NCBI GenBank assembly: GCA_036803605.1
Contig: DAIRTZ010000001.1
Location: forward strand, 1 to 54,253
Origin: Methanobacterium sp.
GTDB taxonomy: Archaea > Methanobacteriota > Methanobacteria > Methanobacteriales > Methanobacteriaceae
Reading direction: 5' to 3'
Length of the DNA stretch: 54,253 nt
Shown here: positions 21,906 through 31,792 of the stretch, in pieces
Layout of the letters: each line of letters begins with the position of its first letter
Position numbering within the stretch: the stretch's first letter is position 1
The notes under the pieces: model-generated
What the model saw: only the letters and a program-made list of their open reading frames with translations
Database searches by the model: none
What the model was told of the DNA's origin: nothing
Made by a program: the position numbers and the translations under genes

Positions 21906-22026
21906 CATACAATTTTTTTTGTAAGTTAAATCGAATTTTCGACTGGTAAAATTTTTCTGCTGGTAAAAAATATAAGTATAATTATTTTTTCTGCTGAATA
22001 AAATGTTATATGATTTAGTTTCATAT

Positions 22027-23766
22027 TCACTCTCTTACTATCGCTTCTTTAAAGAACGGGGGTATTAAATCGCGGTACATTTTCCCAGTCATTAACATCC
22101 TTATGTTACTATCTAGGATGTAGGTTTCACAGTAATCGTCTTCTGCACGCATTCCTCGACCATATGCTTGTACAAGTGTCATAACAGTTTTATAGGCATA
22201 CCATTTAGGATCTTGAGCTTTTCTATTTTTTATCTGCTGGTCACCAAGATAAGGAAATGGTATTTTGTATATTACTTGGAACTGACATTTTTCATATGGT
22301 AGATCAACACCTTCACTCATTGAAGGGCTCACCAGCACCAATGGTTCTTTACTCTTCTCAAAAAGACGTAGTTTATATTCACGGTCAGTACTTTTATGAT
22401 CCATGAGTCTTTTATCCTTTATATGTTTCATAATATATTGTTGACATTTGTAGTTGTGTGTGTGTATGAGTCCCTTCTCGTACTTGTGGTGTTCTATTAT
22501 TTTTTCAAGTATTGGGATTGTTTTTGGTGCAGTGCGCTTAATTGCACGCTGTGACATGGGACCAACTGTTTTAAGATGTACTGGGCGTTCTGATGCTGGA
22601 AAAGCACTTTTAATACTTAGATAATAAACATCTTCAGGGTTAATTCCAAGCCATTTACAAAATAGATCCTGATCAAGGATTGTTGCGCTCATGAATAAAC
22701 AAACATCAGCATATTTAAAGAGCCTATCTGTGGCATAGACATCAATTTTAAGTGGTTTAAAGGTTATTCCACCATCTGATCCGTCTACCACCCAATTATT
22801 AGGATTATCTTCCATGTTGGTCATTAATTCGCTCAAACGGAGTTTTGTCCGGTTTATCCTGTCTGCCTTGTTTTTTGGCATTTTTGTAAGACTTATATCC
22901 TTATAATCTTGGTAGATGGATTGTATGAATATTGTCCATTCTTTTGGATCAGAATAACTCATCATCCTGCGAGGTATACTCTTTTTCACGTCCTTTTCTA
23001 ACATTTTGTTTGACAAATGAACTTCCATTCTACGCATTAGCTTATCTTCTATGTTGTGGGCTTCATCAAGAATCATCAGGTTCCTTTTACCGAAGTGCTG
23101 TACATATGCAAGTTCCAAAAGGGCATAATCATAGTTCATTAGGGTGATGTCGCTTTCCACTGCTCTGGCTTTTTGATTCCAATAATTGCATCGTTCATTT
23201 GATCTGAAATATATGGGGGTGCCATGTGCGTCGTTGAATGCAAACATTCCCTCTTCAAATGGGGATTTGGTAATTCCAAAATCACATACAAAGTTTTGGG
23301 AACTAGGAACTGTTTGACATGTACCAGAATCACATCGGTCATCGAAGTTAGAGTCCTTGCAATTGAAGTTTCCCCTGCCTTTAACCATAGGATACTCGAA
23401 CTCAACAGCGTATTGTGACTGTAACTGTTTTGTCATGGTCAGTATGTATGCGGGCTGATAAATATTTGCTAATGTAGTTGCAATTGCAGATTTTCCAGTT
23501 CCAGTTCCAGCTTCGAGTATGATGTAGCGATAACCATTATCGATTGCTTCTTTTATCCTGGTTATTATCTCGAATTGACCTTTTCGAGGTTCTGAGAATG
23601 GAAAATTTTCAATTATCTCATCATCCACATTAGGATACATTTTTTTAATCTCTGATATTTTTGGTTTGGATATTTTAGTATTAATATATCCTTTACTACC
23701 AATTTTGTGGCAGACACAACGTGCCTTTATCATTCCACACTTTTCACAGAAGAAACCGCTTTCCAT
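22027..23766 (-). CDS. DinG/Rad3-family ATP-dependent DNA helicase
   Basis: [22 protein letters not shown] and QAYGRGMR motifs; Cys cluster typical of Fe-S helicases; N-terminal CxxC..CxC. Confidence 0.92.
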   Translation of the reverse strand: MESGFFCEKCGMIKARCVCHKIGSKGYINTKISKPKISEIKKMYPNVDDEIIENFPFSEPRKGQFEIITRIKEAIDNGYRYIILEAGTGTGKSAIATTLANIYQPAYILTMTKQLQSQYAVEFEYPMVKGRGNFNCKDSNFDDRCDSGTCQTVPSSQNFVCDFGITKSPFEEGMFAFNDAHGTPIYFRSNERCNYWNQKARAVESDITLMNYDYALLELAYVQHFGKRNLMILDEAHNIEDKLMRRMEVHLSNKMLEKDVKKSIPRRMMSYSDPKEWTIFIQSIYQDYKDISLTKMPKNKADRINRTKLRLSELMTNMEDNPNNWVVDGSDGGITFKPLKIDVYATDRLFKYADVCLFMSATILDQDLFCKWLGINPEDVYYLSIKSAFPASERPVHLKTVGPMSQRAIKRTAPKTIPILEKIIEHHKYEKGLIHTHNYKCQQYIMKHIKDKRLMDHKSTDREYKLRLFEKSKEPLVLVSPSMSEGVDLPYEKCQFQVIYKIPFPYLGDQQIKNRKAQDPKWYAYKTVMTLVQAYGRGMRAEDDYCETYILDSNIRMLMTGKMYRDLIPPFFKEAIVRE

Positions 23767-23980
23767 AGAGACTTATATTTATTGTTGGTGGTATAAAAAT
23801 GAAACCTTAGAAATAAAAAATTTTAAAAAAATCATAAAAAGAAACCTTTAAAAAAGGTTTCATCCAAAGTTCAAATAGATTTAGAATGAATAAATACTAA
23901 CAATTAATTTTAAATCTTATTAAAAAACTAAATTGAAACTTTAAATTTATAAAATACAAATTTTTTTGGGTGTTTTAGAT

Positions 23981-24682
23981 ATGAAAAAAGGAAAACTATA
24001 TGGAATTGGTGTCGGTCCGGGTGACACCGAGCTTTTAACAATTAAATCAGCTAAAATACTAAAGGATATTGATGTGATCTGTTCCCCTAGATCTGCTAAT
24101 TCCAAACCAAGCCTGGCCCTTTCAATAGTACAACCAATTTTAAATGAGCGTGATGATGAGTATGAAATTTTAGATCCTCTATTCCCTATGATAGAGGATA
24201 AATTAGCTCTTAATACATATTGGGATAATGCTGCTGATATTATTAGCAATAAGCTGGTACAGGGAATGGATGTAGCTTTTATTACCCTAGGAGATCCTAC
24301 TATTTATAGTACATTTTCATATGTTGCCAGAAAATTAGTTGCAGCTGGTTTTGAAATTGAAGTAATACCAGGTATAACCTCTTTCACAGGATGTGCGGCC
24401 ACTGCAGGAATCTCTCTTGCAGAAAAAGATGAAATTGTAGTAATAGTCCCAAAAGTAGACGATAGATTAGCTAGAATAATGGAATATGGGGATACATTTG
24501 TGATTATGAAAACTTCAAGACATTCTGAAATTCTTGAAGAAATTGTCAGTCAAGATAAAAGAGATAAATCGATTATTTCAGTTCAAAATTGTAGTATGGA
24601 AGATGAAAATGTTTTTGAAGGGTTTACTAAGGATAAAAAATATTTATCCACAACCATTATAAAATTTAGGAATGAAGATTAA
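23981..24682 (+). CDS. cbiL: Precorrin-2 C20-methyltransferase
   Basis: GKLYGIGVGPGD, FITLGDPTIYST and IPGITS motifs; ATG 23981 follows GGTG. Confidence 0.93.
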   Translation: MKKGKLYGIGVGPGDTELLTIKSAKILKDIDVICSPRSANSKPSLALSIVQPILNERDDEYEILDPLFPMIEDKLALNTYWDNAADIISNKLVQGMDVAFITLGDPTIYSTFSYVARKLVAAGFEIEVIPGITSFTGCAATAGISLAEKDEIVVIVPKVDDRLARIMEYGDTFVIMKTSRHSEILEEIVSQDKRDKSIISVQNCSMEDENVFEGFTKDKKYLSTTIIKFRNED

Positions 24683-24729
24683 ATCTGTTATAAGTTAGGT
24701 AGATTTTTAATAAATATTTTATCAATACT

Positions 24730-25020
24730 TTATTTGTTGACAATGAAGCAGCAGTAATCATCACCTTTTGCAAAGTATTTGACTTCTTCGACATAAACTT
24801 CTCGAGAAAAATGGGCTGAAAACAGTGCTTTCAGTATTCCTGAGTCGAATGCACAGGCAGATTTGCCGATTTTAGGCAAGTCTTCGCATTCAAAACAGTC
24901 ATATGCTCTTAAAGTTAAGGGTTCAAGCTTTTCAATTTTTATACGCCATAGTTTATTTTCCTGCCAGAAATCAGTTATTTATTTACCTTGACCTCAGTTT
25001 CAGGGTCTTTTAAATTTTCC
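24730..25020 (-). pseudogene. Truncated V4R-domain regulator (MsvR-like) remnant
   Basis: Startless frame ITDFWQENKLWRIKIEKLEPLTLRAYDCFECEDLPKIGKSACAFDSGILKALFSAHFSREVYVEEVKYFAKGDDYCCFIVNK*; frameshift near 24980; no N-terminal HTH visible. Confidence 0.8.
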
Positions 25021-25206
25021 TAGAATGTTGAAATGAAAGTTCCAGGGACGAAGCAAGACATGCACGCATGTTGAAAGGTTTACTTGAAAGATATTTCTAA
25101 TAACTTTCCTTTTTTTAATCCATATTATATTGATATTTTATTCGAGGAATGATTCAATTAAAATTATTCATCGGAGGGTTATGATTTGATACTTGGGGAA
25201 TAGTAT

Positions 25207-26568
25207 TTAAAGAAAAGTATTCATCTTATCCAATGCATCTTCTGCTGCCAGTACAATGGGATCTACAACCATTGAAACAGGTGGTGAGTATGAAAATTCC
25301 ATTTCTGTAATTTCTTCGCATCTAACTTCTTTAGCAATTGCTAAGGCCATTGTATCTACCCTTTCTGCAACAGTTTCCTTTGCTATAATCTGACATCCAA
25401 GAATTTTACCATCAGGACTGCAAATGATCTTAATATCGATTGGTTTGCAGCCGGGATAATACCTAGCTTTTGTCAGTGCTCTGCTTCTCCCTACAATTAC
25501 ATCAATCTTGTTTATATTGGCAGAAGTTTCTGTTAAACCAACCGCACCTATTTCAAGTTCACCAATCTTGGAAACAACCGAATTTAAAACCGGTCGGAAT
25601 ATGGCATTTTTACCTACGATATTTTTAGCAGCTACTTTCCCTTGGCGCACAGCAGTTGTTCCAAAGGGTGATACGGTTTTATGTCCAGTTATTCCATCGT
25701 AAACTTCCACACAATCACCTACTGCGTAAATGTTGGGAATAGAGGTTTGCATTCTTTCGGTAACACTGACTCCCATATCCCCAATGATGCACCCTGCTTC
25801 TTTTGCAAGTTTTACTGAAGGTCTTATACCAGTTGATAGTATTACAATATCTGCTACAATACTTTCATTTCCAACAATAACTGTTTCAGCATTTTTATCA
25901 CCTAAAATTTTGTTTAGGGTCTTCTTAAGGACAATGTTAACTCCTACGCTTTCGAGATAACTTTGGACTTTGAGTGCCATATCAGGGTCAAGAGATCTTG
26001 GAAGTATTTGGGGTAGCATCTCAGTCACACTGACATCCATCCCAAGTTGTTTAAGGCCGTATCCAAGCTCGAGACCTATGGCCCCAGCACCTACCACAAC
26101 TGCTTTTTTACATTTGTCTCCCCATTCTTTAATTTTTAAGCCATCATCAATGGTTCTCACTTTGAAAACTCCATTTAAATCTGTTCCACTCACAGGGGGT
26201 ATGAATGGTGATCCGCCTGTTGCAATGATCAAGTAATCATAGCTTAAAGTTACATTCAAATGCTTTTTTTCGATAAATTGCACCATTTTAGGTTTATATC
26301 GCACTAAATTTTCTTTTGCTATGATTTCAACTACTTCTGAATCGGTTATGATGTTTATGCCCTTATCCCCATAATACTCTGGTGTATGCATTACAATTTC
26401 TTCGAAAGAACCTATTTCACCACCAATAACATAAGGAATTGCACATTGTGAGTAAGCTACTTGGTTTTCAAGTGTTATAACTGTTATTTCAGCATTTTCC
26501 GAGTATTTTCTTAGGTTCGATGCTGCCGTAAGCCCACCTGCACCGCTTCCTATTATGACTACTTTCAT
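25207..26568 (-). CDS. FAD-dependent NADH oxidase/CoA-disulfide reductase family protein
   Basis: GSGAGG, AYSQCAIPY redox Cys, GAGAIG, IYAVGDC and FSYSPPVS motifs. Confidence 0.92.
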   Translation of the reverse strand: MKVVIIGSGAGGLTAASNLRKYSENAEITVITLENQVAYSQCAIPYVIGGEIGSFEEIVMHTPEYYGDKGINIITDSEVVEIIAKENLVRYKPKMVQFIEKKHLNVTLSYDYLIIATGGSPFIPPVSGTDLNGVFKVRTIDDGLKIKEWGDKCKKAVVVGAGAIGLELGYGLKQLGMDVSVTEMLPQILPRSLDPDMALKVQSYLESVGVNIVLKKTLNKILGDKNAETVIVGNESIVADIVILSTGIRPSVKLAKEAGCIIGDMGVSVTERMQTSIPNIYAVGDCVEVYDGITGHKTVSPFGTTAVRQGKVAAKNIVGKNAIFRPVLNSVVSKIGELEIGAVGLTETSANINKIDVIVGRSRALTKARYYPGCKPIDIKIICSPDGKILGCQIIAKETVAERVDTMALAIAKEVRCEEITEMEFSYSPPVSMVVDPIVLAAEDALDKMNTFL

Positions 26569-26801
26569 CTTTTTTATACACCCTTTTCCTTACTCCATCT
26601 CCATTAAGCTTTAATGGATGGATCGAGTTTTTTTATAGAAAATTTTTAGCGTAAATTCTACCCTTTTTATGATTAGGGTTTATTTATTTTATTATCACTG
26701 TTAAATATTTTCAGTTGAGGAACTTTTATATAATGCATCTAATATATCCATGAATCTAAATATATAAATAAATAGAAGATGTTTGAATGGGGTGAGTTTA
26801 A

Positions 26802-27539
26802 GTGGAAGAAAATCAGATCAAGAAATTTGTTAAGGAGAGATATTCAAAGATAGCTACTAAAGAAGAATCTTACTGTTTATTCAGTAAAGGTTCTCAAAAT
26901 ATGTTTGAAGAATCTCAAAAACAAGCAAAAAGTATGGGATATTCTAAGGAACAAATTCAAAGCATACCTATCGGGGCGGTTTATGGACTTGGATGTGGTT
27001 ATCCAATTGCAATAGCAGATATCGTCGCAGGTGAGACAGTATTAGATCTTGGATCTGGGGGAGGTATTGATGTTTTTTTAGCATCTCAAAAGGTTGGAGA
27101 GACTGGGAATGTCATAGGTGTGGATATGACTTGGGAGATGGTGGAAAAAGCGGTAATGAATGCTCGTGAGGGTGGTTATGGTAATGTAGAATTCAAGCTG
27201 GGTGAAATCGAAAATCTGCCCATTGAAGATGGTTCAATCGACTTAATAATAAGTAATTGCGTAATTAATCTCACTCTTGACAAATCAGCAGCATATACTG
27301 AAGCATTCAGAGTTTTAAAACAAGGGGGAAGAATAGTGGTTTCGGACCTCGTTTCAGAGGGTTACATTCCTGAAGAGATACGGAAAAACTTCCATGCTTG
27401 GTCTGACTGTATTTCTGGAGCAATGGAAATGGATGAATACTTAAATACTATTAAAGAAGTGGGATTCAAAGATGTAGAAGTTATTGAGTCAAGATTCTTT
27501 ACAGAACCTCATATGGATGAAAGATTGGTCGGAAAATAG
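26802..27539 (+). CDS. arsM: Arsenite S-adenosylmethyltransferase, C-terminally frameshifted
   Basis: GLGCG, LDLGSGGGIDVF, SNCVINL and CISGA motifs; the expected C-terminus continues in another frame to 27568. Confidence 0.88.
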   Translation: MEENQIKKFVKERYSKIATKEESYCLFSKGSQNMFEESQKQAKSMGYSKEQIQSIPIGAVYGLGCGYPIAIADIVAGETVLDLGSGGGIDVFLASQKVGETGNVIGVDMTWEMVEKAVMNAREGGYGNVEFKLGEIENLPIEDGSIDLIISNCVINLTLDKSAAYTEAFRVLKQGGRIVVSDLVSEGYIPEEIRKNFHAWSDCISGAMEMDEYLNTIKEVGFKDVEVIESRFFTEPHMDERLVGK

Positions 27540-27697
27540 TTAGTATACAAGTTAGGGCATTTAAATAAAAATGTGAAAAGAACCCATGGATATAACAATT
27601 TGCAGGAGTTCAATTAATTAAGGGAATGGATCAACAAAAAAATTATTTTAAAAGGGGAATATACTGATTGACAAAATGGTTTAATGGAGATTAATGA

Positions 27698-28369
27698 ATG
27701 ATAAAAATAGCCATAGTTACAGATGGTCCATACGGGGACAGAACTTATGATACAATCTGCCAAGAGTTTGATTGTGATTTCATAGAGTTAGAACAACCAG
27801 ATTCAATGTTCATGGATTGTGTGGAGATACCCAAAAATGTTTTAGAAAAACTTCAGAGTGCTGATCTGATTATTAGTTATATTTTACATCCTGATCTAGT
27901 ATTAGAACTAGTTGAACAGATTCATGATAAGGTATCCTGGATAATTGTAGGTGCATGGAGGGGTGAAGGGTTTAAAAATCAGATAGAACAGTTTGAAAAT
28001 GTGAATTGTCCTGAGAACATGTGCGACCTCGAATATAATGGCGATCCTGTTTTTGACGAATTTGTGTCTAAGTTTGGTAAACCCATTATCGAAATAGAAT
28101 TTGAGGGAAATATAGTATCTGAAGTCAGAGTATTAAGGTCATCACCTTGTGGTTCAACATCTTTTGTAGCAGAAGAAATGGTAGGTGAGGATATTAATAA
28201 TCTTCCAATAAAAGCGGGACTAAAACTTCAACATTATCCATGTAGGGCACCTAAAATGAGACTTTTTGTTGATGAATGTAAGAAGGAAATAGCTGCCAAT
28301 TTCCATAGGGATGCATTTGAAGATGCCATAGAAAAAAATAAAGAAAATCATAGAAATAAAGATAGATAA
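27698..28369 (+). CDS. DUF166-family protein
   Basis: [29 protein letters not shown] and QHYPCRA motifs. Confidence 0.8.
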   Translation: MIKIAIVTDGPYGDRTYDTICQEFDCDFIELEQPDSMFMDCVEIPKNVLEKLQSADLIISYILHPDLVLELVEQIHDKVSWIIVGAWRGEGFKNQIEQFENVNCPENMCDLEYNGDPVFDEFVSKFGKPIIEIEFEGNIVSEVRVLRSSPCGSTSFVAEEMVGEDINNLPIKAGLKLQHYPCRAPKMRLFVDECKKEIAANFHRDAFEDAIEKNKENHRNKDR

Positions 28370-28485
28370 TATTTTTTAAGGAAATATGTCGTTTATATCA
28401 AAAAAAAGATGAATTTTAAGCTCAATTATATCTTTCATTATTATTTATATAAATTATTTATTTAAGAACAAATATAAAAAATAAT

Positions 28486-28869
28486 ATGGTTAATACTTTT
28501 CAAGAAGTAAGCAAGACCCTAACCATTATTCTAACCGAGGGTCCCTACAGATCACAATATGTTGAGATAGCCCATAACATTGCAGAAAGTGCTATTAGAA
28601 ATGGATATAGAGTAAATTTATTTTTATATATGGATGCAACACATATTCCAAAAAAGAACCAGAATCCACATTCTTTTCCAAATGTTGGTGAGAAATTGAA
28701 GTATTTAATTAAAAATGGGGCTGATGTGAGGGCATGTGTAAGATGTGCAACAGCAAGGGGACATGCATGTGATAAATCTGCCTATTTAACTGGAGTTTCG
28801 ATAACAAGCGTTTATGACATTCCTGGATGGGTTTTAGAGAGTGATAAGATTATAACACTCAGTGGTTGA
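28486..28869 (+). CDS. DsrE/TusD-like sulfur relay protein
   Basis: LTEGPY, LFLYMDA and CVRCATARG motifs. Confidence 0.85.
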   Translation: MVNTFQEVSKTLTIILTEGPYRSQYVEIAHNIAESAIRNGYRVNLFLYMDATHIPKKNQNPHSFPNVGEKLKYLIKNGADVRACVRCATARGHACDKSAYLTGVSITSVYDIPGWVLESDKIITLSG

Positions 28870-28870
28870 C

Positions 28871-29233
28871 ATGGATTCTATTTTAATAATAGTGGATAAA
28901 GCTCCTTATGGGTATGAAGATACTTTCAGTGGCTTCTACGTTGCCATAGCATGCCTCAACAGGGGAATGGATGCAGATGTTCTACTGGTGGGAGATGGTG
29001 TCTATGCAGCTATTAATAATCAGCTACCGGGCGGAAGTGTAAATTACCCTAACGTTGGTGAGTTGTCCTACTTAGTTTTTCCAGAGGGTAAAATATTTGT
29101 TCATCTGGAATCAATGCTAGAAAGGGGAGTTAAAGAAGATAATCTGGTTGAAGCAGCACAAATAATAAACGATACTGAGCTTTACGAGATAATTAAGTCC
29201 AAAACCAAAGAAACAGCTTTCATACGAATATAA
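28871..29233 (+). CDS. DsrF/TusC-like protein
   Basis: KAPYG, LLVGDGVY and SMLERG motifs; ATG two bases after the upstream stop. Confidence 0.82.
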   Translation: MDSILIIVDKAPYGYEDTFSGFYVAIACLNRGMDADVLLVGDGVYAAINNQLPGGSVNYPNVGELSYLVFPEGKIFVHLESMLERGVKEDNLVEAAQIINDTELYEIIKSKTKETAFIRI

Positions 29234-29281
29234 CTTATTAAATAAAATTTAAAAAAATTTTTATATGAAGGTGGAGTAAGA

Positions 29282-29896
29282 ATGGAGATAGATGAACTAG
29301 AATATGAGATATTTGAGGATGGTTCATTGGTAAAGAAGGTTACCCTACAGCAAATAAAACCATGTATAATTGCTGAGAACATGATAAGGGTTTTAATGCA
29401 ACTTGATAATGAAATAAGTGAAATAATTCCCATACTTGTCACCCAGTATCCTCCAGGTAAGGTTAACTACATTGAAAATAAGCAGATTTTGACCTTGAAC
29501 ATATATCAACGATTAGTAACTCTTTATCCCTCCGGTAAGATCAGTATGAACAAGACCGTTGATAAAGAAGATGCACTTGAAGTAGTCACAAGCATTATGG
29601 AAGTTATTAACCGAGTATATATCGAATTAAATAGGGGAGACGTGGTTGATTACTCTGAGATGAAGGAGAAACTCTCAAAAATAGGGCCGCTGCCACTTTA
29701 CAAATGTCTACCAAAAACAGACTGTGAGGAATGTGGAGAGGTTACTTGCATGGCTTTTGCAATTAAATTACTTTCAGGTGATATAAAACTTGACAAATGT
29801 AAGCCACTTTATGATGGAAGGCATAGTGCAGATGTTTCATGCCTTAAAGAACTTTTAGGGCCTCAGATTATGAAGACAATGGGCTGGGATGTTTGA
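29282..29896 (+). CDS. Putative Fe-S-binding protein
   Basis: C-terminal LPKTDCEECGEVTCMAFA..KCKPL (cluster motif of the type in RnfB and the corrinoid Fe-S protein large subunit); N-terminal KPC and TLYPSGKI. Confidence 0.8.
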   Translation: MEIDELEYEIFEDGSLVKKVTLQQIKPCIIAENMIRVLMQLDNEISEIIPILVTQYPPGKVNYIENKQILTLNIYQRLVTLYPSGKISMNKTVDKEDALEVVTSIMEVINRVYIELNRGDVVDYSEMKEKLSKIGPLPLYKCLPKTDCEECGEVTCMAFAIKLLSGDIKLDKCKPLYDGRHSADVSCLKELLGPQIMKTMGWDV

Positions 29897-29955
29897 GCTA
29901 TAGATTAATTTGAAACAACATTCTCAGTTAATAAATGTTTATGGGGAATATTTAA

Positions 29956-30291
29956 ATGCACATAGGGTTCATACTCACAAAAACACCTGCAGAAGAAGGT
30001 TTTAACACGTTTATCAAATTTCTAAAGATATATGCTGGAAGTGATGAAGTATCAATTTTCCTCATAGGAAATGGCGTTTACAGCGTTATTGCAAAGCCTT
30101 CTAAATCCCACACTTTATTGAGTATTATACAAGATTCTAATAGAAAAATAAGTGTTTATGCATGTTTGGATGACATTAAAGCCCGGGGATTAAGTGAGGA
30201 TATTCTTGCAGAACATGTTGATTCATTTGTGGGCTATGATGAGTTAGTCATTGATATTATGGAGAACATAGATCAGGTTCTAAGTTTCTAG
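29956..30291 (+). CDS. DsrH/TusB-like protein
   Basis: LTKTP, FLIGNGVY, DDIKARG and VGYDELV motifs. Confidence 0.82.
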   Translation: MHIGFILTKTPAEEGFNTFIKFLKIYAGSDEVSIFLIGNGVYSVIAKPSKSHTLLSIIQDSNRKISVYACLDDIKARGLSEDILAEHVDSFVGYDELVIDIMENIDQVLSF

Positions 30292-30343
30292 TTCTAAGTT
30301 TCTAGTTCTAAGTTTCTAGTTCTAAGTTTCTAGTTCTAAGTTT
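30277..30343 (+). repeat. 14-bp tandem repeat GTTCTAAGTTTCTA, 4 full copies plus an 11-bp partial
   Basis: Units start at 30277, 30291, 30305, 30319 and 30333 (partial). Confidence 0.95.
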
Positions 30344-30457
30344 ATATATGCTGACAAACACTTCTAAACATTTTTTTAAAGTAGTATATTCAAAAAAAAG
30401 TAGTAATTGACTATCTTTTTGAAAAATTTGGATTAAATCAGTCAAAAAGTTAGAAAA

Positions 30458-31708
30458 TTAAAATAGCAGCGAAATCCCCCTTCCAAGACTGTAAACAATG
30501 CTTACAACGATAATTAATATTAAAACATATGATAATGGAGTAATTATCTGTTGAACTCTGTTTTTTGATAATTTGTAGCCTAGAAGTTCCTCTAATATTA
30601 ATCCGCCATCTAATGGTTTCATAGGTAATAAATTGAAGGTTCCTACTGCAAAGTTAATGATAAATATCCAAGTGAATAAGTCCCTTAAAGAGTAAATAAA
30701 CCATGGTATTTGATGTCCAAACGTTTTAGCAACGTTATTATTCAAAACTAAATGGTCCTGACTCCTTATTCCAATATAACCTCTAGTTGCGTTATTTGGA
30801 TTTACTCCGGCTTTAACTGAAAATGTGCCCTGGTCTGTTTGAAAGTTTAAAGTTTCGCCTATTTTGGTTTGATTAGTAAATAACGCGTAATTATTAATAT
30901 CACTAGTTGAAATCCCGTTAATACTTTGGATAACCATTCCATCCTGCAAAATTCCATCTGCAGGGCTTTTAGGTACTACACTCGTTATTGCTACACCCTC
31001 TGTTTGGAAAGTGGGAAATATTGGTCCGCTAATATTTAATAAAGTAACTGGTTCAGTTTTTATCGATGTACCTGGAACAGAAATGCCAGGAATACCGGGG
31101 GATATGCTGCTGATGGTCATTAGGGTAATAAATAGAACTATTATGAGGGATACTGCGGCAAGTGCTAGATTAAAAATAGACCCTGCAGCGTAAATTCTTA
31201 GTTTTGAAATTCTTTTGGATTTTTCTATATCCTCTTCGTCGGGCTCGACAAATGCGCCCGGAAGCACAGCTAGTAGTAAAACACCTATTGATTTTATCCT
31301 TACTCCCTCTACTCTCGAAATGATACCATGACCAAATTCATGGACTACTATAACTGTCATTAGAGCAATTATACCATATCCCAGTGGCACAAATATGGGG
31401 GAACCTGGAATATCCACTCCGGGAAGTAGTATTGCAACTGATGGGGCTTGTATCAATGTTTCAAGGGATACTATTATTAAGATTAACATTAATCCCATAA
31501 AAAAGACTGCCACAGGCAATCCTACATTCATGCTCCATCGCCAAAATCTAGGAATTCTGTTTGCCACAGAGTCTATGAAACCCCTTAATCTTTGGGTTCT
31601 TCGCATGAGTATGGGTCCTTCAATATCTATTTTCAATTTGTCTCTGAATAATAATGCTAAAACCCATATAATAACAAATCCAATAGCATAATACCATAAA
31701 TCGTTCAA
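30458..31708 (-). CDS. Site-2 protease (M50) with PDZ domain
   Basis: HEFGH, GAFVEPDE and FNLLPMKPLDGG motifs; PDZ-like VVPKSPADG; TTG start after GGTGA. Confidence 0.93.
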   Translation of the reverse strand: MNDLWYYAIGFVIIWVLALLFRDKLKIDIEGPILMRRTQRLRGFIDSVANRIPRFWRWSMNVGLPVAVFFMGLMLILIIVSLETLIQAPSVAILLPGVDIPGSPIFVPLGYGIIALMTVIVVHEFGHGIISRVEGVRIKSIGVLLLAVLPGAFVEPDEEDIEKSKRISKLRIYAAGSIFNLALAAVSLIIVLFITLMTISSISPGIPGISVPGTSIKTEPVTLLNISGPIFPTFQTEGVAITSVVPKSPADGILQDGMVIQSINGISTSDINNYALFTNQTKIGETLNFQTDQGTFSVKAGVNPNNATRGYIGIRSQDHLVLNNNVAKTFGHQIPWFIYSLRDLFTWIFIINFAVGTFNLLPMKPLDGGLILEELLGYKLSKNRVQQIITPLSYVLILIIVVSIVYSLGRGISLLF

Positions 31709-31792
31709 ATAATCACCTTTAAATCATATGAATACTATTTTTTTAACAGTTATTTCATTATTTCAAATTATATTCTATTATCAGTATAAATC

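Noticed and set aside
27537..27539. Pyrrolysine read-through of the arsM TAG
   Set aside because: In-frame read-through gives an unrelated tail, while the shifted frame gives the expected C-terminus; a frameshift explains it better
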